Below, in pieces: positions 17,992-27,495 of a stretch of 32,000 nt of DNA. The notes below the pieces were generated by a model. It was not told the origin of the DNA and did not search any database. It worked only from the letters and a program-made list of their open reading frames with translations. Positions within the stretch are counted from its first letter, which is position 1; each line of letters starts with the position of its first letter. The DNA lies in contig ACYB01000035.1 of the NCBI GenBank assembly GCA_000175855.1, positions 480,001 through 512,000 on the forward strand, in the 5' to 3' direction. The DNA comes from Raphidiopsis brookii D9 (GTDB lineage: Bacteria; Cyanobacteriota; Cyanobacteriia; Cyanobacteriales; Nostocaceae). The position numbers were made by a program, and so were the translations under genes.

Positions 17992-18806
17992 GAGCGTGGT
18001 TTTGGGGGTATGGTTTTTGGCTGGGCGCTATTGGAACGCAGACTATTAAGGTGTTGTCTGGATTCGGGGGATGGAATCAAAACCAGCTGTTTTAACCAAT
18101 CATCGTTGTTTTGAGTCAAGATATTAATTAATCCATCCACACCTACAACCTGAATATAGGACTGGGGGAACTTTCCCTTCACCTTGGTCAGTAAATTTTG
18201 GGCATCTTGTTTGCTAAAAAACAAGGGAATTATGGTTTGGGGTTTTTTCCCACCTACTTGAATAGTAATGTGACTTTTATCCTTCCCAGATATGACCATA
18301 AAAATCGGCACACTTTTTAACTGCTCTACCCGTTGACCACTAGCTTTCATTAGCTGTGCTGCTCCCGTCATTTCTTGGGACACCGGGTTAAAGGAAAACA
18401 AAAGCTGACTAGGTTGATTTTGTTGTTGTTGCTGTTTTTGATATATAAGTCCCAAAGGTACGGTAGTAACCTGCAACTTTTTGAGCATTTCCTGGTTTTT
18501 TGGGTCCTTGTCTTTCCCTCGAATTTGCCTAAACTTTTGCACAAAGTTTAAAGCTTCTTGACGGCTCATATATACATCCGTTACTGCTCTTTCCTGTTTT
18601 CCATCTTGGGAAGATATCATGCGACTTAAAGGTGTACCCTGGTCATTAGTTATCAAGTACACTGGAACTGCATCTAATTTACCCTTAATTTCTTGTGGTG
18701 GTAAGGCAAATACGGTGTTACCATGGCTTAAAGTAATCCCTAAAGTACTAGCGATTAAACCCAAGTTAATACCCACACGAACTAATGACTTGATAAATGA
18801 TTTCAT
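17988..18806 (-). CDS. Tic22 family protein
   Basis: 272 aa, signal peptide, 'IKGKLDAVPVYLITNDQGTPL...', repeated 'VPIFMVI...TIIPLFFSKQDAQNLLTKVK'; typical cyanobacterial Tic22-like protein. Contains a short poly-Gln run. Confidence 0.85.
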   Translation of the reverse strand: MKSFIKSLVRVGINLGLIASTLGITLSHGNTVFALPPQEIKGKLDAVPVYLITNDQGTPLSRMISSQDGKQERAVTDVYMSRQEALNFVQKFRQIRGKDKDPKNQEMLKKLQVTTVPLGLIYQKQQQQQNQPSQLLFSFNPVSQEMTGAAQLMKASGQRVEQLKSVPIFMVISGKDKSHITIQVGGKKPQTIIPLFFSKQDAQNLLTKVKGKFPQSYIQVVGVDGLINILTQNNDDWLKQLVLIPSPESRQHLNSLRSNSAQPKTIPPKPRS

Positions 18807-18914
18807 AACTGCTTCTGTCTAATTGGGCTTTATTACCAAGAACGGGTGGAGGAAAATCCTCACACCCCTTGACATTAATTTCTTGACATTAGTTTCATGG
18901 TCAAGATATTTATA

Positions 18915-20972
18915 TCAAGTTACACCGAAAACAATAACTAAGCCCAAAACAGCTCCGAACACAATCAGAGCATAAAACTGAGCGCGACCATTTTCTAGGT
19001 ACTTCAGACCCTCACCACTGACCAGGGTGAAAAACCCAGTCAAATTAACCGCACCATCTACAACTCGAAAATCAACTTCCATAACTTGTCGAGCTACACG
19101 ACGCAAACCAAGAACAAACACCCGATAATAGATATCGTCAAAGTACCATTTATTCAACGATAACTCGTACAGAGACCGGAACTTAGCAGCGATCGCACTG
19201 GGGTCAATTTTCTTAGACCAATACATAAGAATTGCCAAAGTAATGCCCACCACAGAAATAGCTACAGAACTACCCGCCATGAGATAAAATTCATGGGGGT
19301 CAAATTTTGACGCTTTTTCCATTACTTCTGTGAGAGTTTCGGTTGGGGAAAAAATAAACTGCTCAAAATAGTTAGCATAGGGAGTTCCCACCAGTCCAAT
19401 CAGAATAGAAGGAATAGCCAATACTAACAAGGGTAGAGTCATCGTCCAAGGAGACTCATGGGGTGAGTGTCCATGACCATGACTTTCCAACTCACCTTTT
19501 TTCATTGCTCCTGGTCCAAAATTAGGTTGCAATTCCCCGCCTAACTTAGCAGTAGCTTGTTTGAGCATGGTTTTGATGGTTTGGTCATTACCCCGGAATT
19601 GACCCTCAAATGTTGAGAAATACATTCTAAACATGTAAAAGGCGGTGATTCCAGCAGTTACCCAACCAATCAACCATAGTAAAGGATTTGCAGCAAAAGC
19701 TGCACCCAATATTTCATCTTTAGACCAGAACCCAGCAAAGGGTGGAATCCCAGCAATTGCCAAACAACCTATTAAAAAGGTAATCCCCGTAGCTGGCATA
19801 TATTTCCTTAATCCACCCATTAAGCGCATGTCCTGAGCTAAAACTGGGTCGTGACCCACCACTCCTTCCATACCATGAATCACTGACCCAGAACCCAAAA
19901 ACAGCATTGCTTTAAAATAAGCATGGGTCATCAGGTGAAATAAACCCGCACTGTAAGCACCCACTCCCATGGCCATGACCATATAACCCAATTGAGAAAT
20001 GGTGGAGTACGCCAGTCCCTTTTTAATGTCATTTTGGGTAATGGCAATAGTCGCTCCCAAAAATGCTGTAAATGCTCCCGTAAAGGCAATCACATTCATA
20101 GCAGCTGGCACGTGTTCAAACACCGGATACATTCGCGCAATTAAAAATACGCCTGCTGCTACCATTGTAGCTGCATGGATAAGCGCAGAAATCGGTGTGG
20201 GACCTTCCATAGCATCTGGGAGCCACACATGCAGCGGAAATTGGGCTGATTTGGCTACTGGACCGAGAAACACCAAAATGGCAAACAGAATCGCCAATGC
20301 ATTGCTAATAGTACCCGATTCTACCAATTCTCCTAGGCGATCGCCCATGATAGTAAAATCAAAGCTACCTGTGGCCCAAAACAGTCCTAGAATCCCCAGC
20401 AACAACCCAAAGTCACCTACTCGGTTAGTTACAAATGCCTTTTGACAGGCCTCTGCTGCTGGTTTGCGGTCATACCAAAAACCCACCAGTAGGTATGAAC
20501 ACATCCCTACCAATTCCCAAAAAATGTAAACTTGCACTAAATTAGGACTCAGTACCAACCCTAACATCGAAGAGCCGAATAAACTGAGATAAGCATAAAA
20601 TCGCACGTAACCCGGGTCATGACACATGTAGCCATCTGTGTAAATCATCACCAAAAAAGCTACCGTGGTTACCACTACTAACATCATAGCTGTCAGGTGG
20701 TCAATAGTATAGCCCATACTTAGGTGAAAGTTACCTGCTGATGCCCATTCCAGAGTAATTGTGTAGGGCGCATGACCTTGGTATTGACTCCATAACAATG
20801 CCATAGAGAGACCCATAGCAATTCCCATCAAGGAGACAATCAGAACAGCATTTAGCTGTCGCAGGCGATTTGTTGTCTGATTTAACGATATTAGTCCTAG
20901 ACCTACCAGCATTGCTCCTAAGAGGGGTAAAACTGGAATTATCCAGGCATACTGATAGATTACTTCCATCAC
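18915..20972 (-). CDS. ndhF: NAD(P)H-quinone oxidoreductase subunit 5 (NdhF, NdhF1 type)
   Basis: 685 aa multi-TM; 'VQVYIFWELVGMCSYLLVGFWYDRKPAAEACQKAFVTNRVGDFGLLLGILGLFW', 'PLHVWLPDAMEGPTPISALIHAATMVAAGVFLIAR'. Confidence 0.96.
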   Translation of the reverse strand: MMEVIYQYAWIIPVLPLLGAMLVGLGLISLNQTTNRLRQLNAVLIVSLMGIAMGLSMALLWSQYQGHAPYTITLEWASAGNFHLSMGYTIDHLTAMMLVVVTTVAFLVMIYTDGYMCHDPGYVRFYAYLSLFGSSMLGLVLSPNLVQVYIFWELVGMCSYLLVGFWYDRKPAAEACQKAFVTNRVGDFGLLLGILGLFWATGSFDFTIMGDRLGELVESGTISNALAILFAILVFLGPVAKSAQFPLHVWLPDAMEGPTPISALIHAATMVAAGVFLIARMYPVFEHVPAAMNVIAFTGAFTAFLGATIAITQNDIKKGLAYSTISQLGYMVMAMGVGAYSAGLFHLMTHAYFKAMLFLGSGSVIHGMEGVVGHDPVLAQDMRLMGGLRKYMPATGITFLIGCLAIAGIPPFAGFWSKDEILGAAFAANPLLWLIGWVTAGITAFYMFRMYFSTFEGQFRGNDQTIKTMLKQATAKLGGELQPNFGPGAMKKGELESHGHGHSPHESPWTMTLPLLVLAIPSILIGLVGTPYANYFEQFIFSPTETLTEVMEKASKFDPHEFYLMAGSSVAISVVGITLAILMYWSKKIDPSAIAAKFRSLYELSLNKWYFDDIYYRVFVLGLRRVARQVMEVDFRVVDGAVNLTGFFTLVSGEGLKYLENGRAQFYALIVFGAVLGLVIVFGVT

Positions 20973-21206
20973 TCACGCCTACTTTCAAAATTTTGACCAT
21001 TTGAGGACAATAATGCCACAACTTTCCCCTTGATGACTGTGGATTAGGAAATGAGAGCAAATCAAAATTTTTTTCACCTCTTCTATATCCAGGATGCAAC
21101 AACTGGGCGGGAATTACCTCTCTGCTATATAAAATCTAGACAAAACTAGACTTTACTTTCTAATTCAACGGGAGCGAGGGGTTATCCCTCAGTTAATAGG
21201 ACTTTC

Positions 21207-21605
21207 TTATGTTAAAGATATAGGTACGCCTACTTTTTTGCCTGTTTCCCTTTTTCTCTTTCCCACTCCCCTGTTACTAATATATTTGTATTTTATTTCT
21301 CCCAATGCTTGACGTAAATCATCCCGACTGCGAAAACCTTCTAAACGTTCCCGGACAATTCCCTTTTCTATTAGTAGTAGGGTTGGTAGGGATTTCAGTC
21401 TATAGGTCGTAGACAACTTAAAATTTTGGTCGGCGTTAACCCCCACCAGTTTCACGCCTACCCCGCATTCAGCTTGAAACTGTAGCAACAATGGATGGAT
21501 AAGACGACACAATCCACACCAGGGAGCCTCAAAATTAACTAACACAGGTACTGAGGACTCTAAAACTTCTTCAGTAAATGTTCGATCACTAACCGATAAC
21601 ACCAT
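21207..21605 (-). CDS. Thioredoxin-like protein with WCGLC active site (cyanobacterial TrxC-like)
   Basis: ORF 21207..21650; canonical start MVLSVSDRTF at 21605. 'VPVLVNFEAPWCGLCRLIHPLLLQF...VKLVGVNADQNFKLSTTYRLKSLPTLLLIEKG'. Confidence 0.9.
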   Translation of the reverse strand: MVLSVSDRTFTEEVLESSVPVLVNFEAPWCGLCRLIHPLLLQFQAECGVGVKLVGVNADQNFKLSTTYRLKSLPTLLLIEKGIVRERLEGFRSRDDLRQALGEIKYKYISNRGVGKRKRETGKKVGVPISLT

Positions 21606-22026
21606 GACGCCTCTTGATTTATAGGGTTTTTTATCACCAGCAACTATCACCGACAGGTCTTAAGAAAATCAGATTTCTATGTGAAATTAGGGGATTGACC
21701 ACCCGCAATTTCTGACCTTCTTTTGCTCCGACACCAAAAATATTTAGGGACAGTTATAAAATTACTGTCAGGATATGCATGGTATCTTATCGCATTAAAC
21801 AGTTTCTATTTTTATTATTGGTTTTATCCAAACCAAGATATCTATCGGCTAGTCACCATGCATTAACTATGTTTTGGGTTTGCTTCATTGATAATCCAGG
21901 TAATAATCTAGTATGACACAATTTGGGGATCATTAACCACTTTTAAGAAAGGCGGATAATTTAACCAACAGTTTAGCCAAATTAGTGAAATTAAAATCTT
22001 ATGGCAACAGTAGGGATCGTTGCTAA

Positions 22027-22752
22027 CTACCATAATACCATATTGCTGGACAGGATTAACAAAGGATGAGACCACCAAAATAAACCTACAAAAATGGCGA
22101 CTCCCAAGTAAGCAGGACGAATAAATTCCTGCCACTTTAGCGATTGTCGACCATCAAAAATTGCTTGAAAGGGAATAATGGAAGTGCGCTGTCTGACTAG
22201 TTCAAAAGCTTCACCATATCTTTGACTCAACCGGTGATCTCCATGCCAAACTCCAAATAAATGGTGTAAAATTAAACCCAGTGATGTCACCAAAGTGAAG
22301 CTGGTGCCAATCCAAAGGGTGTGGGCAATACACCAGATCACTTGTCCTACCATTTGTGGGTGGCGAGTAATCCGAATAATACCTGTTTCATAAAGGTGGA
22401 CTTGAGGCTTTTGAATGGCAGCAATTTCTAGTAAATTGAAGGTAGCAGGATATAAAAATAAAAAGGAAATCGCTGATAATACCCAAACGGTTAACTTTAC
22501 TCCCCCCATATCTTGTAATTGCCATAGTTGCCAACCATCATAACGATGATTAAAAAAGTAGCTAATTAAGACCGCTGCTAGGGGTAGGCTAATCAGTGCA
22601 AATGCGATTCGATACAATCTAGGTCCAACTTGTTTTTCTGCCCAGGGACGCAGAGCTGCACCTCCACTATGGGCGATCGCAAAAATCAACTGTAAACCCA
22701 ACATGATAAAATGACTGGTGGTCAACCAAGAATTGGAAATCATAAAGTACAA
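22027..22752 (-). CDS. NnrU family membrane protein (15-cis-zeta-carotene isomerase-like)
   Basis: 241 aa; 'FAIAHSGGAALRPWAEKQVGPRLYRIAFALISLP', 'VHLYETGIIRITRHPQMVGQVIWCIAHTLWIGTS', typical NnrU/Z-ISO. Confidence 0.88.
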   Translation of the reverse strand: MYFMISNSWLTTSHFIMLGLQLIFAIAHSGGAALRPWAEKQVGPRLYRIAFALISLPLAAVLISYFFNHRYDGWQLWQLQDMGGVKLTVWVLSAISFLFLYPATFNLLEIAAIQKPQVHLYETGIIRITRHPQMVGQVIWCIAHTLWIGTSFTLVTSLGLILHHLFGVWHGDHRLSQRYGEAFELVRQRTSIIPFQAIFDGRQSLKWQEFIRPAYLGVAIFVGLFWWSHPLLILSSNMVLW

Positions 22753-22928
22753 CTCGAATCCAACATTTACAATACCTCAGTGTAGCTAAGTGCAGGTAAC
22801 AAATATAGAGTTAAAAACAGCTAACCGGTAAATGATATAAAAGTCATATAAATCATTGCCCATGTTAAAACTACCTGCGCCAATTAATTTTCCCAGATGC
22901 TCTTTCCCTAGTTTATAGGTTAAGCCCT

Positions 22929-23948
22929 ATGTCTGACCTTCCTTTCACTTTAGACCAGTTACGCATTCTCAAAGCTATTGCCCAAGAAGGGAGCTTTAAA
23001 CGTGCTGCTGAGAGTCTTTATGTCTCCCAACCAGCTGTCAGCTTGCAAGTACAAAACCTGGAACGTCAGTTAGATGTTCCCCTATTTGACCGGGGTGGGA
23101 GACGGGCCCAACTGACTGAAGCTGGACATCTCCTCCTTAGCTATGGTGAAAAAATCTTGGGTTTGTGCCAAGAAACTTGCCGTGCAATTGAGGATTTACA
23201 AAATCTTCAAGGTGGTACCCTGATTGTCGGTGCTTCTCAAACTACGGGAACATACCTGCTACCACGTATGATTGGTATGTTTCGTCAAAAATACCCCGAT
23301 GTGGCCGTACAACTTCATGTTCACTCAACCCGTCGTACAGCATGGAGTGTGGCTAATGGACAGGTTGATTTGGCAATTATTGGTGGTGAAATACCCACGG
23401 AACTGGCAGAATATTTGGAGGTTCTCCCATACTCTGAAGATGAGTTAGCCCTCATATTACCCACCTTCCACCCTTTTACCAAACTCCATACCATTCAAAA
23501 GGAAGACCTATATAAACTACAGTTTATTGCCCTCGATTCCCAATCTACTATCCGTAAAGTTATTGACCATGTGCTAGTACGTTGTGGTCTTGATACTAGA
23601 AGATTTAAATTTGAAATGGAGCTAAATTCCATTGAAGCTATTAAAAATGCTGTTCAGTCCGGTTTGGGCGCTGCCTTTGTTTCTACTTCAGCTATTGTTA
23701 AGGAGTTACAAATGGGCATGCTCCATCGCTCAACCATTGAGGGTGTAATTGTCAAACGCACACTGTGGTTGATTTTTAACCCTAACCGCTATCGTTCTAA
23801 AGCTGCAGAAGCTTTCAGCGAAGAAATTCTTCCCCGCTTTGCTAATCCTGGATGGAATCCAAATGCCTTAAAAACCTCAACACCTACTAATAATCTGTTA
23901 GATATAGACACAGATAATGACAGTTTATTCGCATCAGATTCGGAATAA
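22929..23948 (+). CDS. rbcR: LysR family transcriptional regulator, RbcR/NdhR-like
   Basis: 339 aa; N-terminal HTH '[61 protein letters not shown]'; the long conserved body matches cyanobacterial RbcR-type regulators. Confidence 0.88.
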   Translation: MSDLPFTLDQLRILKAIAQEGSFKRAAESLYVSQPAVSLQVQNLERQLDVPLFDRGGRRAQLTEAGHLLLSYGEKILGLCQETCRAIEDLQNLQGGTLIVGASQTTGTYLLPRMIGMFRQKYPDVAVQLHVHSTRRTAWSVANGQVDLAIIGGEIPTELAEYLEVLPYSEDELALILPTFHPFTKLHTIQKEDLYKLQFIALDSQSTIRKVIDHVLVRCGLDTRRFKFEMELNSIEAIKNAVQSGLGAAFVSTSAIVKELQMGMLHRSTIEGVIVKRTLWLIFNPNRYRSKAAEAFSEEILPRFANPGWNPNALKTSTPTNNLLDIDTDNDSLFASDSE

Positions 23949-23967
23949 TTCACATTAACTTACTTCT

Positions 23968-25776
23968 ATGGAAAACTGGCAATTTCTAATCCAGAAACAG
24001 GGCGATCGCCATTGGCAAAGTCTCGACTCCTCCCGTTTGGAAATTTCGCTGGGTAGATATAGGGTCTTGGCTCGTTCTCATCTTGTTAATCAACAGGTGG
24101 AGGTACTAGTAACCCATTCTCTCCCTTGGGCAGATCAATCTAAAAAGCCGATTATTCAGGGCACTCGTCGGTCTAATCAGGATGGTTGGATCGCAGTTTT
24201 ACCTTTTACTGATCTCCAAGAGGGAATTTGGGAATTACAATGCTGGGGAAGGGTAGAAGAGGAGGATGAATCTTGGCAACACAATCTTGTACTGGGGGTT
24301 TCTTCCTCTGATGAAGACGGGTTAACACCATTGGAATATAACTATCCAATTGACACTCAAGCTGAGTACAGGTTTAATGATGCTAATAGTGATGCTATTT
24401 TATCTACTGGGGAAGATTTAATCAATCAGCCAGCCAGTCCCGTCTTGTCCGGAGGAGAAACAGCAGAGGAAATTTTACAAAGAGTCATAGATTTCGCCTT
24501 ACCTAACTCCCCATCCGCTCCAGAAGATTTAGATGTATCTGGGGAGGATGTGGATCATTCCCCCTCTCTACCACTGGAACTGTTTTTGGAACAGAATACC
24601 TATATAGTTAATTGGGGTAAGCCGTTTAGTATTAACGGTTATGGAATTTTATCAAGCAACAAACAACTCACATCTCCCCCATCATCTCCCGTTAAAATAT
24701 ATCAGGTTCATTTGTCGGTTCAGGTGCGATCTCCTGGTCAATCCAAAATTCTCCTTGATTTCCCACAGCACCTCTCTACAGAAGAACTATTACCTTTTGC
24801 TTTTAGTCATAACCTTACTATTCCCCATAACTGCATATCAAAATTACTTTTGGCTACCGTAAATCTGTATGGAAGTTTTACTCCCCATGATCAGGTTATC
24901 CTACTGGCTAGTTTTCCTTTTAGTATCACAGCCAAATTTGACCAGTTACTACCCCTAACCTCACAGACCTCTCTGGTACTGTCTACTGCACCCAATCGTT
25001 ATACTGGGACTTTATCCGCTCCTTTATCTTCTCCATCACATCTGGGGTTGGAACTGTTTAATCTGGTCAAAAGACCCGAACTAGCGCATTTTCACGTTTT
25101 AGAACCAGCTCCTCATCAACCACTTCCTCCCAAAATTCAACCTCTATCTAAAGAGAGTAGATTATCACTTGTACCAGTGGAAATAGAGAAGGAATTTTAT
25201 CCGGTAGATATGGCGGTAGAAGCAAACCTGGAAGTATCGAAACAGGATACTGTCAATTTACCGAGTGATGAGATAGTTATTGATGATGCAAGTATTAATA
25301 CAATCATTAATCCGGAAGAAGACGAGCAGTATGATAGTGCTAATCAATCCCCGGAGTTGGAAAAACAATCATGGAACGATGTAAAAACTGGAAAAGAGAT
25401 ACTAGATTTAGAGAGTTTACCTACCCCTGGACTGTTTTTACCCAGTAGTGAGTTACTAGCTGGATCTTTGATAAAAATTCGCTTGGAAGTTGATCAGATG
25501 TATCCAAATTTAACTATAAAACTATGGGTAGAAGACTGCCAAAACCGGGAGTTATTAGATGGTCCTCATATATTAAGAGATTTCCAACCCTATTCCCCGG
25601 GAAAGTGGCAAACAATTACCCAGTTGCTTGTACCCCTGGGTTGTACCCAAATTCTCATAGGGGCGATCGCCGTGGAGTCTGACAGTCAAAGGGAAAGTCA
25701 TAAGGTTACAGTCATCAGGAATCTAATGGTAAATCCACAAAGTTCGGTTCCCATATCAAGTCATAACCTTTGGTGA
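23968..25776 (+). CDS. Cyanobacterial hypothetical protein (large, multi-segment)
   Basis: 602 aa intact ORF with N-terminal beta-rich region 'LGRYRVLARSHLVNQQVEVLV...' and C-terminal 'LRIEVDQMYPNLTIKLWVEDCQNRELLDGPHILRDFQPYSPGKWQ'-like segment; no named family assigned. Confidence 0.8.
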   Translation: MENWQFLIQKQGDRHWQSLDSSRLEISLGRYRVLARSHLVNQQVEVLVTHSLPWADQSKKPIIQGTRRSNQDGWIAVLPFTDLQEGIWELQCWGRVEEEDESWQHNLVLGVSSSDEDGLTPLEYNYPIDTQAEYRFNDANSDAILSTGEDLINQPASPVLSGGETAEEILQRVIDFALPNSPSAPEDLDVSGEDVDHSPSLPLELFLEQNTYIVNWGKPFSINGYGILSSNKQLTSPPSSPVKIYQVHLSVQVRSPGQSKILLDFPQHLSTEELLPFAFSHNLTIPHNCISKLLLATVNLYGSFTPHDQVILLASFPFSITAKFDQLLPLTSQTSLVLSTAPNRYTGTLSAPLSSPSHLGLELFNLVKRPELAHFHVLEPAPHQPLPPKIQPLSKESRLSLVPVEIEKEFYPVDMAVEANLEVSKQDTVNLPSDEIVIDDASINTIINPEEDEQYDSANQSPELEKQSWNDVKTGKEILDLESLPTPGLFLPSSELLAGSLIKIRLEVDQMYPNLTIKLWVEDCQNRELLDGPHILRDFQPYSPGKWQTITQLLVPLGCTQILIGAIAVESDSQRESHKVTVIRNLMVNPQSSVPISSHNLW

Positions 25777-25879
25777 ACTAACCACTTGATATTGTGTTAA
25801 AAATCTTGACCATTTGTCAAAAGGGTGGAAATTGTGCAGTAAACTCCTAAGATGACCCCGATTTTCAAGGACCCTTACT

Positions 25880-26020
25880 ATGTCAGGTTCATTATTGCCA
25901 TCTATTTTGGCTTATTCTTCATTTTTGCCTTCGATTTTTGTTCCTTTAACTGGTTTAGTTTTACCAGCAGTTGCGTTCGCTTCTTTATTCTTATATATTG
26001 AAAGCGAAGATATTGGCTAG
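25880..26020 (+). CDS. psaI: Photosystem I reaction center subunit VIII (PsaI)
   Basis: Small ORF absent from the supplied track. Manual translation: [46 protein letters not shown] (46 aa), single TM with terminal LFLYIE(S/R)ED typical of PsaI. Confidence 0.92.
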   Translation: MSGSLLPSILAYSSFLPSIFVPLTGLVLPAVAFASLFLYIESEDIG

Positions 26021-26028
26021 TTGAGGCC

Positions 26029-26060
26029 CCTACCGACCCCAAAAGTCGGTGGGTATGTTT
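26029..26060 (+). terminator. Putative Rho-independent terminator of psaI
   Basis: Inverted repeat CCTACCGAC (26029-26037) ... GTCGGTGGG (26045-26053), 9 bp with one G-T pair, 7 nt loop, followed by tatgtttt, directly after the psaI stop. Confidence 0.65.
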
Positions 26061-26071
26061 TAATGCCTAAA

Positions 26072-26156
26072 CGGAGAGGGGGAGATTCGAACTCCCGGAG
26101 GTTTTAGCCTCATCCGATTTCAAGTCGGACGCAATCGACCACTCTGCCACCTCTCC
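26072..26156 (-). tRNA. tRNA-Ser (anticodon UGA)
   Basis: Reverse complement GGAGAGGTGGCAGAGTGGTCGATTGCGTCCGACTTGAAATCGGATGAGGC...GGGAGTTCGAATCTCCCCCTCTCCG; 7 bp acceptor stem, anticodon loop CTTGAAA, long variable arm. Confidence 0.95.
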
Positions 26157-26234
26157 AGACTGTTACAATATAATATTAGGAATTATAGCCAATAATTCAA
26201 TTTTTGGCAATGGTTGGTTTAACTTTTGATTCCC

Positions 26235-26556
26235 CTAGATCCAATCCCCTGGATCAATTGCTTTTGTGCCACAAAGAATAATACTAGTACTGAAACAGTA
26301 GCAATGGTAACTGCTGCCATCATTAATGGCCAGTTATTTGTAAACTGCGATCGCCACTAGGGTAGAATTAGCAAAAACCACTAGAAACCGACCTCTTTCC
26401 CAGGACTCCAGATAATTGGCCCAAGTCCAACTTTTTCCCGTCAACCCCAGACTTTCACTCGCTGAAGAAAAAGAGGTGAGAAAAACAACGATCAAAGGTG
26501 GTAAAATGATGAGTGATCCAGAAAAACTCCAAAAATGTTTGACCTTACCATTCCAG
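26235..26556 (-). pseudogene. Remnant of carbohydrate ABC transporter permease (MalG/UgpE type) with internal deletion
   Basis: Minus-strand translation before the junction: GKVKHFWSFSGSLIILPPLIVVFLTSFSSASESLGLTGKSWTWANYLESWERGRFLVVFANSTLVAIAVYK*. After a frame change at about 26337-26341: TNNWPLMMAAVTIATVSVLVIILCGTKAIDPGDWI*. These match the N-terminal and C-terminal ends of MalG-like permeases; the central part with the EAA loop is missing. Confidence 0.75.
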
Positions 26557-26674
26557 ATTCAGATGCAACAACATTGTTTATGACTCAAAAATCATTGGTT
26601 TTTCCTAGTATTACCATGGAAATAAGGGTGGGGGGGGACAGAGTTCTATCCTTAAAATTTCAGTCTCAATATAA

Positions 26675-26680
26675 TATAAT
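26675..26680 (+). promoter_or_regulatory. Possible -10 element upstream of ado
   Basis: TATAAT hexamer 22 nt upstream of the ado ATG at 26703; no clear -35 identified. Confidence 0.35.
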
Positions 26681-26702
26681 AGAGTGATGGAGTAAACATG
26701 TC

Positions 26703-27401
26703 ATGCAACAACTAGTTGAACAAATTGAAAAAACTGATTTTCAGAGCGCGAAATATAAAGACGCTTATAGCCGAATTAATGCCATAGTAATTGAGGGTGA
26801 GCAAGAAGCACACGAAAACTATCTCACCCTAGGCGAACTACTACCACCAAATAAAGAGGAACTGAGCAAGTTATCTAAGATGGAAAGTAGACACAAAAAG
26901 GGTTTTGAGTCCTGTGGGCGAAATCTATCTGTTAACCCAGATATGGAATTTGCCCGTCAGTTTTTCTCCCCCCTACATAATAACTTTCAAATCGCGGCTC
27001 AACAAGGTAAAGTTGTTACCTGTCTACTGATCCAATCCCTAATTATTGAGTGCTTTGCGATCGCCGCTTATAATATATATATTCCTGTAGCAGATCCATT
27101 CGCACGTAAAATTACTGAGGGGGTAGTAAAAGAAGAATACACCCATCTTAACTTTGGTGAAGTTTGGTTAAAAGAGAAATTTGAAGCATCAAAGGAGGAG
27201 CTGGAAGTAGCGAACCGTGAAAATCTGCCTATAGTATGGCAAATGCTCAATCAAGTGGCTGAGGATGCCAAAGTATTGGGGATGGAGAAAGATGCCCTAG
27301 TGGAGGACTTTATGATTCAATACGGAGAAGCATTGAGTAATATTGGGTTTACCACCCGGGATATCATGCGTCTTTCGGCTTACGGACTAGCAAGCATATA
27401 G
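26703..27401 (+). CDS. ado: Aldehyde deformylating oxygenase (alkane biosynthesis)
   Basis: 232 aa; '[28 protein letters not shown]', '[48 protein letters not shown]', with ferritin-like di-iron ligands (E, ExxH). Confidence 0.97.
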   Translation: MQQLVEQIEKTDFQSAKYKDAYSRINAIVIEGEQEAHENYLTLGELLPPNKEELSKLSKMESRHKKGFESCGRNLSVNPDMEFARQFFSPLHNNFQIAAQQGKVVTCLLIQSLIIECFAIAAYNIYIPVADPFARKITEGVVKEEYTHLNFGEVWLKEKFEASKEELEVANRENLPIVWQMLNQVAEDAKVLGMEKDALVEDFMIQYGEALSNIGFTTRDIMRLSAYGLASI

Positions 27402-27495
27402 CCACAGTTGATCAAATCCTCGGTTGTAAAACCGGGGTTACAAATAAGGTATTGTATAGGAAAATTGGTTCTGATTTCTAGTTTCTAGCTTTTAA

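Noticed and set aside
18400-18470. TTG/CAA-rich tract as possible microsatellite
   Set aside because: It encodes the short poly-Gln segment (QKQQQQQNQ) of the Tic22-like protein; a minor low-complexity region only.
19999-20445. 148 aa plus-strand ORF within ndhF
   Set aside because: Antisense of a highly conserved membrane protein gene, a common source of long spurious ORFs.
20731-21102. 123 aa minus ORF overlapping ndhF 5' end
   Set aside because: Out-of-frame overlap with ndhF; no similarity recognised and Ser/Cys-rich noise composition.
21908-22135. 75 aa minus ORF between the thioredoxin and NnrU genes
   Set aside because: Overlaps the 3' end of the NnrU gene in another frame with no domain; probably chance.
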